In this document: positions 24,527 to 36,300 of the stretch, piece after piece
How positions within the stretch are numbered: position 1 is the stretch's first letter
How the letters are laid out: each line of letters opens with the position of its first letter
Origin: Klebsormidium nitens
Lineage: Eukaryota > Plantae > Klebsormidiophyceae
NCBI GenBank assembly: GCA_000708835.1
Contig: DF237010.1
Span: 117,345 to 181,344 of the forward strand
Direction of reading: 5' to 3'
Length of the DNA: 64,000 bases
Notes under the pieces: generated by a model
Database searches by the model: none
Told to the model about the DNA's origin: nothing
Seen by the model: only the letters and a program-made list of their open reading frames with translations
Program-made: the position numbers and the translations under genes

Positions 24527-26065
24527 ATGATAGTGTGTGTAGGAGTTGTGGGCCAAGCGGTAAGTCCATCGTCTTTAATCGTCCCAATGATGCTAAAACT
24601 TTAAATTGCCTCTGACGTGCTGTTGTTTGAGGATTTTGTCATACTTGCTGTTCCTAACGGGCGCCACACTCAAGCTGGAAATGTATCCAAGGATCCGCTA
24701 TGACTTCCTGCACAAATTGATAGAACAATGCATTTTGCAATCCAGGCTTTTTGAAAGAGAGCTGAACTTGAGCAATCGGTGCCACCGGTCGCATCATCTT
24801 TGAACACTTTGGATGCTTTCAAGACTTTTCCAAGGAGATTTTTGAAGGAGAAGCTGATATTAGACGTCTCTTGGACTCGTGATCAGATGAGTACCCCTCA
24901 AGTAGGCCTCATGATTCGAGGAACCACATCTTGATACCCAACCCGGAGTTGCCCCCCAACCGAGCCTGAATTCGAGCTTTGAAGTCGCCCTCCTCCATTC
25001 TCCAATCTGAACAGAATGACTACCAACGTATGGCAAGCAGCTGAGATTTTGCATGTCGCTCCCTGCAGAACAACCCCCTTTTCATTCAGAGCTACACGGA
25101 GGGAGACGACGCGCTGAAGTTTCACCATGTAGTGCACTGTGCCCTTGATGTCATCGAAGAAAAAGGTGAGGCCCCTAAGTCAAGATGCCTGATGTATATT
25201 CGTCCTGGGCATCGTCTGCGCTGGACAACCAGTACCAGAATCGGTGGCTCCCATAGATGTGCTGTCGTGTTCTTCACAGGATAATCTGCTTAATGTCTGG
25301 TCGGGATGAGATACGGAGAGTTTGCTGCGCAGCCACCCCAAAGAAAGGCGGGACGGGCTACAACGAGACTTACCTGGGTCTGCTGTATCCTACAGAGGAC
25401 TACAAAGTGTGAGTCTCAACAGACGATTGCCACCTTGATGAGTTGCTGTCCTGAATCCGTGATTGGATCAACCTCTTGAGTGTTTTGTCTGAGGAAAACT
25501 TCAACTCAATGTTGGTGATTGCAATCGTGATAAGAACTCGAAATATGCCTGGTCCAGCTTAGGTCGGAATATGCGTGATCTGGTAGATCAACTCTGAATC
25601 GCTTTCATGGTACATTCTTGGAACAGTTGTTCAAACGCTTTTGAAGCTTGATTGCTTCCGTTATTGCAGGTACGGGTATGTAAGCAACACCCGTGTGAAG
25701 TTTATCATGGTGTCTGACGATTTGGACGCCAAAGAAGCGGATGTAAGAGGGGTGAGTCACGATTGCGCTCTATCATTTAGCCTACTTCGTCCATTCTGAC
25801 AGCATGTAAACAACAAATTCTCTTGTCTACATCGAGCTAGATTGAATTCTATATTACTCTCGCTTGTGGTGACTGGGTTGAAACGTTGTGAGGACGTCAT
25901 CTACATACTCGACTTGTTCCTCTGCAGTTTTTCAAGCGCTTCCATGCAGCGTATGTGGATGCCGCCCTCAACCCCTTCCATGTTCCCGGCAAGAGGCTAG
26001 CGTCGCCGACGTTTGCTGCACGGGTGAATGGCATCGTCAATGGTTTTGGCAAGAGCACAGCTTGA
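24527..26065 (+). CDS. TRAPPC2L: Trafficking protein particle complex subunit 2-like (sedlin family) (~141 aa, 5 exons)
   Basis: Exons 24527-24559, 25069-25165, 25333-25408, 25670-25751, 25928-26065. [65 protein letters not shown]. Not captured in frame by the ORF track because the exons are short. Confidence 0.92.
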
Positions 26066-27852
26066 GCATCTTTTGTTACAATGACAAATGCAAGATTACA
26101 AAGCCTGGCCGCACTGTCATCAAAATGGGCATGATTAAGTGCATGATGTGCAACTGCGTCAAGCACATCGGTTCTACGCCTATTTTAACCTTCGAGTCGA
26201 GTGCGTTCCAAAGATCAGTCGTAATCTGCTCAGATTGGTCCATGTTTTCGACCACAAACCAATGCTTCCCCACGCCACTTATATAAGGTTGCGCCGTTGT
26301 GGTAAGTGGAGGGTGAGTGGGGTCGATTGTTGACCGCGTGTCCAGACCGTAAATGGAAGACTTGATTGGTAGACTCTCTGTCTTGCCAGAGCACCAAGCT
26401 TGTCACTCCCCTGCTCGATCGGGTTCGAAAGGGTGAGTCGGTGCCAATCTCGTGACTCGTCATTGAAGTCATGCAGCTTTTCAGCTAGTTGATTTCTCAT
26501 ATGCGCCAGAACCATAAATGCGATAACAGATTGTGATTCAATTTGGTTTTCAGATGTTTGTTCTCAACAGAGTACGTCATACAAAACTCGACCTGTCGCT
26601 ATTTGATGGTAGACCTAGTGCCAGTACCCCGCATATTCTCTGCTTGATGTTCCAAACAATTGATGAAACCGCCCTCCTATACTTGCCTAAAACTGCATAT
26701 CCTTATCGATCAGACCCTATAAACCGGCACACACGCAAATGTTAGCTTTGAGTCCAGAACGGCATCTTTTGCAAAATACGTTTGCCGTCTTCTTCTGCTG
26801 CTGACTAGCATGGATACAAAGAAACTGCACTAGCTCATGTGAGGAGACGACACGTGCAAATAATGAAATAGGTACATGCAGTCGTCTCATGCAATTCTTG
26901 CCACTTTATTGGAGCACCCGAGCGACATTGATTGGTGCGAAAAGACTCTTGATCATGAACGCTCTCTAGCGCTGCAGCCGCCTGCCCCGTATAGCTTGGC
27001 ATGTGCACCTTCTGTTCTTCGTTGAATCTTACCCAGATGGTGAAGTGTGCTGGTGCTTGAATCTGGTCATGGCCGGGCGAATGCATGGTCACGACGGCCA
27101 AAAGGGCCCTAATAGGGCTCTGGCATGCAGTACTAACTTGAAGGTGCACTGCACCGCTTCCGACGCCTGCGGTTTGTACCGCGCAATAACGGAGTGCTCA
27201 CTGGATCGGATTCCATGCGGAAGGGCACAAGCTGAAGGTTTGTACCGCTTGACCGCGGGGCTCCCTCGACTCCTGGCATGTCACCAGTATGTTGCGCGAC
27301 TTTCGCGGCTCATACAAAAGTTTGACTTGGAATCCACGTGTCAATTTCTATTACATTATGGATAGTTGGCAACGGCTGCGATGATCGAAAACAGCATACT
27401 GGACCATCGACGGTCAAATCCATTCGGATGGACACAACAACACCGACGGTTGTGCCTCGCGACTGCCCGGTGGTGACGATGGCCGCCGGGTTTTGCCGAG
27501 TCAGCACTCACCTCTGTGCAAGTATTACGCTAAACCCACAAATTTCAAGCTGGGATTCTGTGCTGTTTCGACTACGAATCCGTCTAAGCCAATCTTGGTT
27601 AGCACGGCGAACCCAAAAAGTCAGCATGCCGCGTGTCAAACCGTTGTCCGACTCTTCAAACAAAGGTGAAAGACCGGAAACCAGTCCTGCAAAGGAAAGG
27701 GATGGTCTTTGTGCGAGGCTTGATGCAATCCACACGCGGTTTGGCCGACGACCAGCGCCCCACCAGCACACTTTCACCACCTGGAGGACGGAAACGTGAC
27801 CGTCGCGGACTTCCTCTCGCCTTCTGCTGCTGAGGAGCGCCACTTAAACACC

Positions 27853-30800
27853 ATGGCTCCTGCTGCGTTGAGCACCAACTCGAACGGCGCCACAAATGGG
27901 GCGTCGGGCAAAGGCGTCCACCAGCAGCAGGAGATTCAGTGTGATGCACCACCACCAGTGAAGGTTACGACGGTTGATCAGCTGCATGCCCTGCAAAAGA
28001 AGACTAAACCAGCAACTCCGCGAACTCCTCAAACTCCAGAAGATGCAGACAGAAGCGACTCAGCTCTCAAGTCAATCAGGTACTGATCGGCACCTTTTGG
28101 TTGTGAGCGGCCCTTGCTAGTTGCTCTATGTGGCCATACTTTGACTTTCGTGCATGACTTGCTAAAGTGTACTGATTCCTCATTTCTGAGGAGCTTTGCG
28201 TCGGGCATTGAGCAATGCATCATTCTTCAAAGTTGAGCTCTCAGTCTCGCAGCAATATGTGCTCTGGAGCCTGGCTGGCTGCTGATTATGTTTCCCAATT
28301 GAGTATGACGCTGCTGCACAGAGTCCCAGCTGACTAATTTTTCTATGGAATTGTGCAGTGCATCTCTTGCATCATCATCCCGCTCAATTGGGCCTCAGGT
28401 CGTGAAGGGTGATCCGGCAAACCAAAGACGGGAGTCTTTCCAGCAAGTTTCAGTTGTCCCAGCCAGGCCTCACATCAGTGACAGTGCAATCAAGCTTACC
28501 CATATTCTGTACAATCTCTCAGCAGCTGGTAAGGAGCGAGCTGAGACCCTAACAAAATTTTCAACAGCTATGAGCATGGTCTGCCTCCTCTTCTAAGCTT
28601 GGTGTCTATGGTGGCTCTTGCGTCATAGGCGACACGGCATTTCATCCAATTCGTCAGGAGGTTGATGCATTGCTGATTATGATCCCTTTCTGGTTAAGAA
28701 GTTCTTGTGACTTTGTGGTGATGTGCCTGACAAACCACAGTTTGTATCTGCAGAACTTTACGAGCAAGCTCTGCGCTATGAAAAGGGTTCCTATATCACA
28801 TCTACGGGAGCTCTTGCTGTCCTCTCCGGGGCAAAGACAGGAAGATCGCCAAAAGACAAGCGAGTTGTTAAGGAAGAGACCTCTCAGGATGACCTGTGGT
28901 GGGGAGAGTGAGTGCTCCAGCTGCAAAACCAGCTCAGAAGGTGTCGGCAATGCATTGTTGTTCTCTCCTTCCGGCCAAGTCCTCTGTGTGTCTAGGATGT
29001 GGAGCAGATTGTGTCCCAGCTTTTGTACAAAATGTGATTGCATCCTCGTGATCCTGCATTTTGTCCTTACATGTTGCCATCTTTGTAATCGTTCTGGCAG
29101 GGGCTCTCCGAACATTGAGATGGACGAGCATACCTTCATGATCAACAGAGAACGAGCTGTGGGTAAGAACGTCGAGATGCGTTTTCTTGATTTGTGGTTG
29201 AGAATGTATCTTTAAGCTCTTGCAAGCCACCTTCTAGAGTTAATTCTCCAGGAGTACTCTTTGTCTTGAGTCACGCAAGCTTATGCAGTTGACTTAGCAA
29301 GCTTATGCACTGATTTGACGTCAGCAAGCTCATGGAGTTGTCTGAAAAGAGGGACGCTTTTGGTAAGAACCAAACATGGGAGCAGAATCAAATGCTACGT
29401 TTTTCCTCTCTCGTATCTGCAGATTATCTGAACTCGCTTGATAAGGTGTACGTGAACGACCAGTTCTTGAATTGGGATCCTGACAACCAGATCAAGGTCC
29501 GGATTATATCCGCAAGAGCCTACCACTCTCTCTTCATGCAAAATATGTGAGTCAGCCAGCAACTTCGCAAGCAATCTCCAATGCTGTGACTATGGCCCTA
29601 TGGCCTTGGCCTGCTTCTCAAGTCTGTTCTTCCTGAATGCGTACTGGTGTCTTTTCACGAATATTGCCAGATCTGCTCATTATTTTCTCCACGTCAAACA
29701 TACTGGAGTGCTGAACTCACTGCTTCACGACCAGCCACATGAACGGAATCCGTAATGCCTGCTGCACAATAAGAAGAAAGCTGTCTGCTGTGTGTCCATG
29801 TCGCTGCTGTTCTGAGTAGCCTTGATTTCGTTTTTGGTTGTGTCTAACATTACGAACCTCTGTCTTCTCAGGTGCATTCGGCCGTCAGCAGAAGAGCTAG
29901 AGAACTTTGGGGAGCCTGACTTTACCATCTACAATGCTGGCATGTTCCCTGCCAACCGTTTCACGCACTATATGACATCGTCCACGAGCATCGACATCAA
30001 CATCAAGCGGAAGGAGATGGTCATCTTAGGGACGCAATACGCGGGGGAGATGAAGAAGGGGCTCTTCTCCCTCATGCACTACCTCATGCCGAAGAGGGGG
30101 ATCCTATCACTGCATTCAGGCTGCAACATGTCGAAAGATGGCAGCGTTAGTCTCTTCTTCGGACTGTCAGGTGAGGTTTCTCCTTACTGCTCTTTACTTT
30201 TGCTAGGAAGTTGGACTCTCTTCTGAGCCAGTATCGGTGCTCTTAGTAGTTAAGGGAGGGGAGCATACCAAGTAGTGAGGGGATGGTCAGTTTCTTCTAT
30301 GTTTGCATCCAGGTGGAATGTTGCTAGGACAATGTTCTTGTCGATTTGTAAATCTCGTGAGAGCTGGTTCAATGGTAGGCTGTTCCTCGACCAAGGGAAC
30401 CCTGCACTGGTGACTGGTCGATGTATCTGTTTGCAGCAGTAAGGTTGATCACCAAATGTGGTCCAAGTTCTCTTTGTCTCTAGCACTTGTCTTTTAGACT
30501 CAGGCCATGTCACGCATGTATGCAGCCATCGGTCGCATCTTCCCCTCGCTGCTTCTGACTAGATTATTGCAGCAGAAGCTCTTTGTCACCCTTGGCCGAG
30601 CTGTAGTTAGTCTGCTCTATTTTCAGTGAGAGTCCGATGGTCCCGCTCCCTGAACGGAAAAATGTCTCTTACAGGCACTGGGAAGACCACTCTCTCGACG
30701 GACCCCAACCGCTACCTGATCGGCGACGACGAGCACTGCTGGACGGACAACGGCGTCACCAACATCGAGGGGGGGTGCTACGCCAAGGTCATCAACCTGT

Positions 30801-32063
30801 CCGGCGAGAAGGAGCCCGAGATCTTCAACGCCATCAAGTTCGGCACCGTGCTGGAGAACGTCGTGTTCGACGAGCACACCAGGATCGTCGACTACGAGGA
30901 CAAGTCTGTGACGGAGAACACCCGCGCCTGCTACCCGATCGAGCACATCCCCAACGCCAGACTCCCATGCTCGGGCCCCCACCCCACCAACGTCATCCTC
31001 CTGACCTGTGACGCCTTCGGGGTGCTGCCGCCCGTCAGCAAGCTGTCGCACGCGCAGACCATGTACCACTTCATCAGCGGCTACACTGCAGTGGTGAGGT
31101 TGAGGAACGCCTGCTTTATTCCTTGATTGTTGCGGAGACGAGCTTGAGCTGCGCGGCTGCGGCAAAAGATGCTGCTGTGAATCTCCCCTTGTTCAATATC
31201 GCGAAGAATGTGTTAACGAACAACTGTTCTTACCGTTTGTCGAGGCCCCAGTCTTCTTCCCGTTTCCGCTGGGATCCTCTCGAAAGCATCTCATGACTTT
31301 GAAAGCGTTTGCTGTATCTTTACTACTTCCCAGTTGTATCTGGCGAAGGCCGTGCTTCTCTAGCTCTTATTGCAGTACGAGGACTTTTCACTCTTTATCA
31401 ACGACCAGCGGATTCTTGCAGTAGAGCGGTAGACTTCCTCTGGCAAACTATTTACATCAGGCGCATCACATCAGGGGCTTACGAACTGCGTCAGTTCTGT
31501 ATCTGAAGCTCTTCGTGCCATGAAAGTCTGCATAGATCTGGACTTGCACCGTGGCAAACCTTCATTCCACCCCTCCGCAGGTCGCGGGAACGGAGGACGG
31601 CGTGAAGGAGCCGACGGCGACGTTCTCGGCCTGCTTCGGCGCCGCGTTCATCATGCTGCACCCCACCAAGTACGCGGCCATGCTCGCGGAGCGGATGCAG
31701 CAGCACGGCGCGACCGCCTGGCTGGTCAACACGGGCTGGGCGGGCGGCGCCTACGGCGTGGGCCAGCGGATGAAGCTGAGCTACACCCGTAAGATCATCG
31801 ACGCGATCCACGACGGGTCCCTGCTCAAGGCCCAGTACACAGACACGCCCATCTTCAACCTGCACGTGCCCGCCTCGTGCCCGGGGGTGCCCGCCGACCT
31901 GCTGAAGCCCGAGACGCAGTGGTCGGACAAGGGCGCGTACCAGGCGACGCTGAGTAAGGTCGCCGGGCTGTTCGTCAACAACTTCAAGAAGTACTCGACG
32001 TACTCGGTCGGAGGGGACGACAAGCTGACGAGGGAGATCCTGGCCGCGGGGCCTCAAGTTTAG
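27853..32063 (+). CDS. PCK1: Phosphoenolpyruvate carboxykinase (ATP), plant type (~645 aa, 8 exons)
   Basis: Exons 27853-28079, 28359-28528, 28754-28907, 29101-29162, 29423-29546, 29872-30170, 30675-31093, 31581-32063. [18 protein letters not shown]-loop [35 protein letters not shown]; plant N-terminal extension SASLAS. Confidence 0.97.
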
Positions 32064-32492
32064 GGCTGTTTAGAGGGCCGGTCTGTCAGTGGTTGTAGTT
32101 CGGTTGCAGCTCAGTAGTCGAAGGCGTAGGGGCGTGGTCCGTTTGGATGCACGCATTGTTCGAGTCGTTGATCCACTGAGTTTGTATTAAGGGATTGAAC
32201 TCGTCCCGCCCATTCCCTAACTAGACGTTTACTTTTGGTAATGGCAGCTTGAGGCAAATGTTTATATCTGAGAATGTGTAGTCAATCCCATAGACGCTTC
32301 GCAAACAGACCCCTCAATAAGGTTTCCCCTTAGTACGATTCCAGCTTAGGGTTTTAATTTACAGGGGCGATGGAAGAATATCAGATTGAGATCAGAAAGG
32401 TTTCTTTGACTTTGAGCTTAATCAATCGTTTATCGATGTCTTTCAGTCCGCGGTTGATACGACTGCAATTGTAAGCCTCATCTAGGCTACCT

Positions 32493-32551
32493 GCAAACAC
32501 GTACGTATACGTACGTGTTTGCTATATCATCTCATTTGCTATAGCAAATGA
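32493..32551. repeat. Two adjacent perfect palindromes (30 bp and 20 bp)
   Basis: gcaaacacgtacgtatacgtacgtgtttgc (32493-32522) and tcatttgctatagcaaatga (32532-32551). Confidence 0.9.
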
Positions 32552-33361
32552 ACTCGTATCCTCCATCATATCGGAATGAGTAGATATGTAAGCTCTATAG
32601 TTGCATGCGGCTCAAACTGAGAAATTGTTCCAAGTGACCACGACAAAGCTATAGCGCCGGTGATATTAGCTGGGCCCAACGCGGCGTGTGCAGACTGCGC
32701 CGCGCATGTCAGTGGGAGGGCAGGGCGGCGCCATGGCTGCTGCACCCCGGAATTGTGCGATGCAGCTAGCTAGCCGCCTAGCTTTGTCGGATCCGTATAG
32801 GCTCGAGCCACAGCAATGATGCTTTTCACTTCATCTGGAGTCTGGCCTGCGTATACAGTACCGACGGTCTACCTAGAGTACTTAATAATCTTTAAATTCA
32901 TCATGTATTGATTACAATTCCTTTACAACACTTTGTTTCACCCGGACTGGTACGGTAACACCGCTTTCACCCAGTCTGTACGGATCCATGAGCCAGCAGC
33001 ACAAAGATGCATGAATGCATCCATGGCAGCCAACAATTAGAAAAGATTACTGTTAAACAACTACTACCATCAACGCAGTGCAGCATGATGAGGCGCCGTG
33101 TGTTTCACTGACAGGGTTTACGGTATGCTATCATACTGCAAGTGCAAGGAATCTCATCCATCACCTTGTCAATCTTGAAATCGTCCGTACACAAATTGCA
33201 CGAGCCTATTATTCGGCACAAAAGCATTTCACACAATCTGCAGATGGACCTGCAGCATACCGGGGCCAACGATGTCCGGTCCCATTTTTGTCGTAAGAAA
33301 CTTAAGTATGCTTAGCAGCGGACATTTTTCGTCAAGCAGGGAAAGAGAATCGCTTCGTTTC

Positions 33362-36300
33362 TCAGTTCTTCGGGGTCGTCTCCAGCAACCAGTCGACGCA
33401 CTCTTGCAGAAGCTCAAACCCGTGATATTTTGCAATGTTGTGGAAGACACGCATCCGCTGCCGGAAGGTGGACGGGGACTCGGTGGAGATGAAGGAGCCG
33501 GCACACCGGCACTGGTCCGTCAGATGGGCCGACTTGACCTGAACCAAAAAGACCAGGACTTTAGTTGGAAGAGAATATCAGAAAGCTGTTGATCCGTAAG
33601 GGTGCGCTTCTTTTATCAAGACCCATACTTTTTTTGCAAACAAGGCTACAGACTTCACTTCACATACCTAAGACAAACGATGGACGCTTCTCTGATTCTC
33701 CAGACTCCCATCGAGGAACCAACTTAGGAAGCGACGAGTCAGGCTCATAAGAAGAATGCCGAATCCAGCCCTTCATAACACTTCCATAATCTGCAAATCT
33801 CGAAACTTCAGCATTCTCTTTCAGGGGTTCAACGAGCAGCCGAAGCAGATCGAAAGTCCGGACAGACCCCTCATCTCCATAAAGTGTAGCGGCATACACG
33901 ACCGCTATTCCGAATTTCTCGCCGACTCCCATCCCCCCTCACCTGGCGGCACTTGCGGCACTTGAGGTCCTGCAGCTGGAACATGCGCGAGCGCTGGCGC
34001 ACGATCTGCAGCAGCGCGTTCTCGACCCACTGCCGGTCGTACGGGTGCGCGCACGCGGGCGCCGCGCAGCGCCACTCTCGGCGCAGCAGGAGGGGGTCGC
34101 GGCAGAGGTCCAGGTCGCGGCAGTCGTTGCAGTAGGAGCAGATGACGTTGGGGAGAGTGAAGCTGAGGCACGGGTCGCGGAATGCGGCCTCCGGCGAGAA
34201 CTCGCGCACGTGGACCAGGCGGAGCAGGTTCTTGCGCATCAGCTGCGGAGAGGGAGCGAGAAGTCGGTTTGGCTTACTAGCAGGAAACACAGTGGGTTGT
34301 TTTAGTGGCGGCATAATAGTTTCGGAAGATACGATATGTTAGCACACAGCTTGAAGGTCTCGGGGTACCAAGTAAGTCAGAAGGCGGCATGAAAGTCTCG
34401 GAAAAATCGGAAGTCAAGAGCGGCATAAGGGTAACGACGTTCGCTTACGACCAAGTACCCAGTGAACAGAGGAACACACAACACGCGGCAAGGAGAGTAC
34501 AGGCAACGGGAAAGGCAAAGACGAACGCGTACACGAGTGCGAAGATGCTCGGAGGGATGCTTCGAAGCCGCCGGCATAAAGAAAAAAAGAAGAATTCACT
34601 TTCAAACCTCCTTCATCCCGAATCGCGACACCTCAAAGCCCGGAACCCCCAGAATTCGCAAGATGGCTCCAAATCGGAGATTTGAAAAACCTCTCGCCCC
34701 CGCTCACCATGACGCTCTGCTCCGCGGCCTTGTCGAGCAGCATGACCGCGCAGACGGTCTTGACGAACTCGAGCGCGGGGCTGCCCAGCTCCAGGTGCGA
34801 CCCCGCCAGCTCCGGGAACTTGCGCGTCGCCGCGCTGACGTCATCGTCGTCGTCCTCCGCCGCCGATCTGCTGGCCACGTGGCGCTGGATGTCGCGCACG
34901 ATGCGCAGCAGCTTGTCGGTGAAGTAGGCGGACACCTGGGAAGAAAAGGAGTCCAGGGTCTCGGCTTTTGCTCTGCTGGCGATCGCGGATCAACTCGGCG
35001 TTTACGGAAAAGATTGCATGCCGTTCCTTCAAAGACCACAGTGAAATAGGCGGTCGGTAGAAGAAGTTGAGCGACGACTGTGGAAGAACCACAAGCCTGC
35101 GCGATTGTGATGCAATCTGGTCAAAGGGGAACTTGATGAAGCACAAAGCCCCAGCAAACTCCTGCAAAACCGCAACGGAACGAGCGACCAGCTAAAATAT
35201 GAAAAGGGATCAATTCCAGCGTCTACACAGATAAAGGTTGGGCAATTTTTCGAGTGTTATGCACCAAGGAGTAACCCGGATGATTCAAGAGGTATACAAA
35301 AGCAGACTTTCCATGAAAATATTGAGTTTTGCATTGGTATGAGGTTGGCATTGGCGCACCTGTTGCCGGACGTACGCGTTCTCCTCCTCGGTGGAGTCCG
35401 CGGAAGCCAGGATGCTGACGGAGGGGGTTGGGTTGGTGGCTTCCGCGCGCAGACGGGCGCGCTCGCGCTCCGTCTCCTGTGCGTGCTTCCAAGGCCGGAA
35501 GATGAACTCTGACACGTGCAGGTAGAAGTAGTCCTGCGGGAATGCGGAAGGAAGCATCTGTACCTGGTCTTCCACTTCGGTACACTCCGAGATAAGGCCG
35601 GGCTTGCTACCAGAATCTCTCTTCACTCTTGCTTTCATTGGCTTCTGTTGGGCAGGAATGCTGACGTTCGCATTGCCTTACTTTTAAAGTCGGCATGTCG
35701 TTGGGATCCGGAAACCGACGACAATCCTCGCCAAGTTGCGGGTTTCCCGCAGCGCCTCTACCACCTCAAGCAGCGTGCCACGTAGTAACCAACGCATGGT
35801 GACAATTACGCCAAAGCGTTAAGTTGGGCGCTAACCCTCACCTTTAGCTTTTCCGGCAGGAATTCGGCGACATTCCAGTCCATCAGAATCTCGGCCTTCC
35901 CTTCTGCGGGCCCCGCATCGTCTTCCTCCTCAAGGTGGCCGCTCTCAGGGGGATCCCCCGTTTGGTTAGACTCGGTTACGACTAACCCGCCGTAGTTGTA
36001 CTTGTCCATGAAAAGCAGCGAGTACCAGTAGCGGCAGGGGTCGAAAGCCAGGTACTCGAAGAGGTCCCTGAAAAGCGGCGGAAAATTTGGTTTCATCAAA
36101 CAAGCTAGAAGGAGTTCGCATCGACCGACCGACTGGCCGTTTCGTGGACTGCTCCGGCAACAAAGACAGCATCAGCCACGATAAGTGATTCTGCCTTAAG
36201 CCAAAGCAAGCTTCGTCGGTTGTAGAATCAGTGGGAGAGTGCGAGCTACGACAGTTTGGGGATTGTCAGAAGTGTCCAGCCTCCGCGTGTTGCACTTCGC

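Noticed and set aside
26065-27850. Possible extra gene between TRAPPC2L and PEPCK (several 65-150 aa ORFs, one GTGAGT donor at ~26432)
   Set aside because: No recognisable protein similarity or consistent exon chain.
32101-32175. tRNA-like words (gcagctcagt ... gttcgagtc)
   Set aside because: No pairing T-stem, acceptor stem or anticodon arm.
35039-35056. Possible extra exon-33 echo (ccgcctatttcactg versus ccgcctacttcaccg on the minus strand)
   Set aside because: Only 13/15 nt with no acceptor or flanking homology; cannot be separated from chance.
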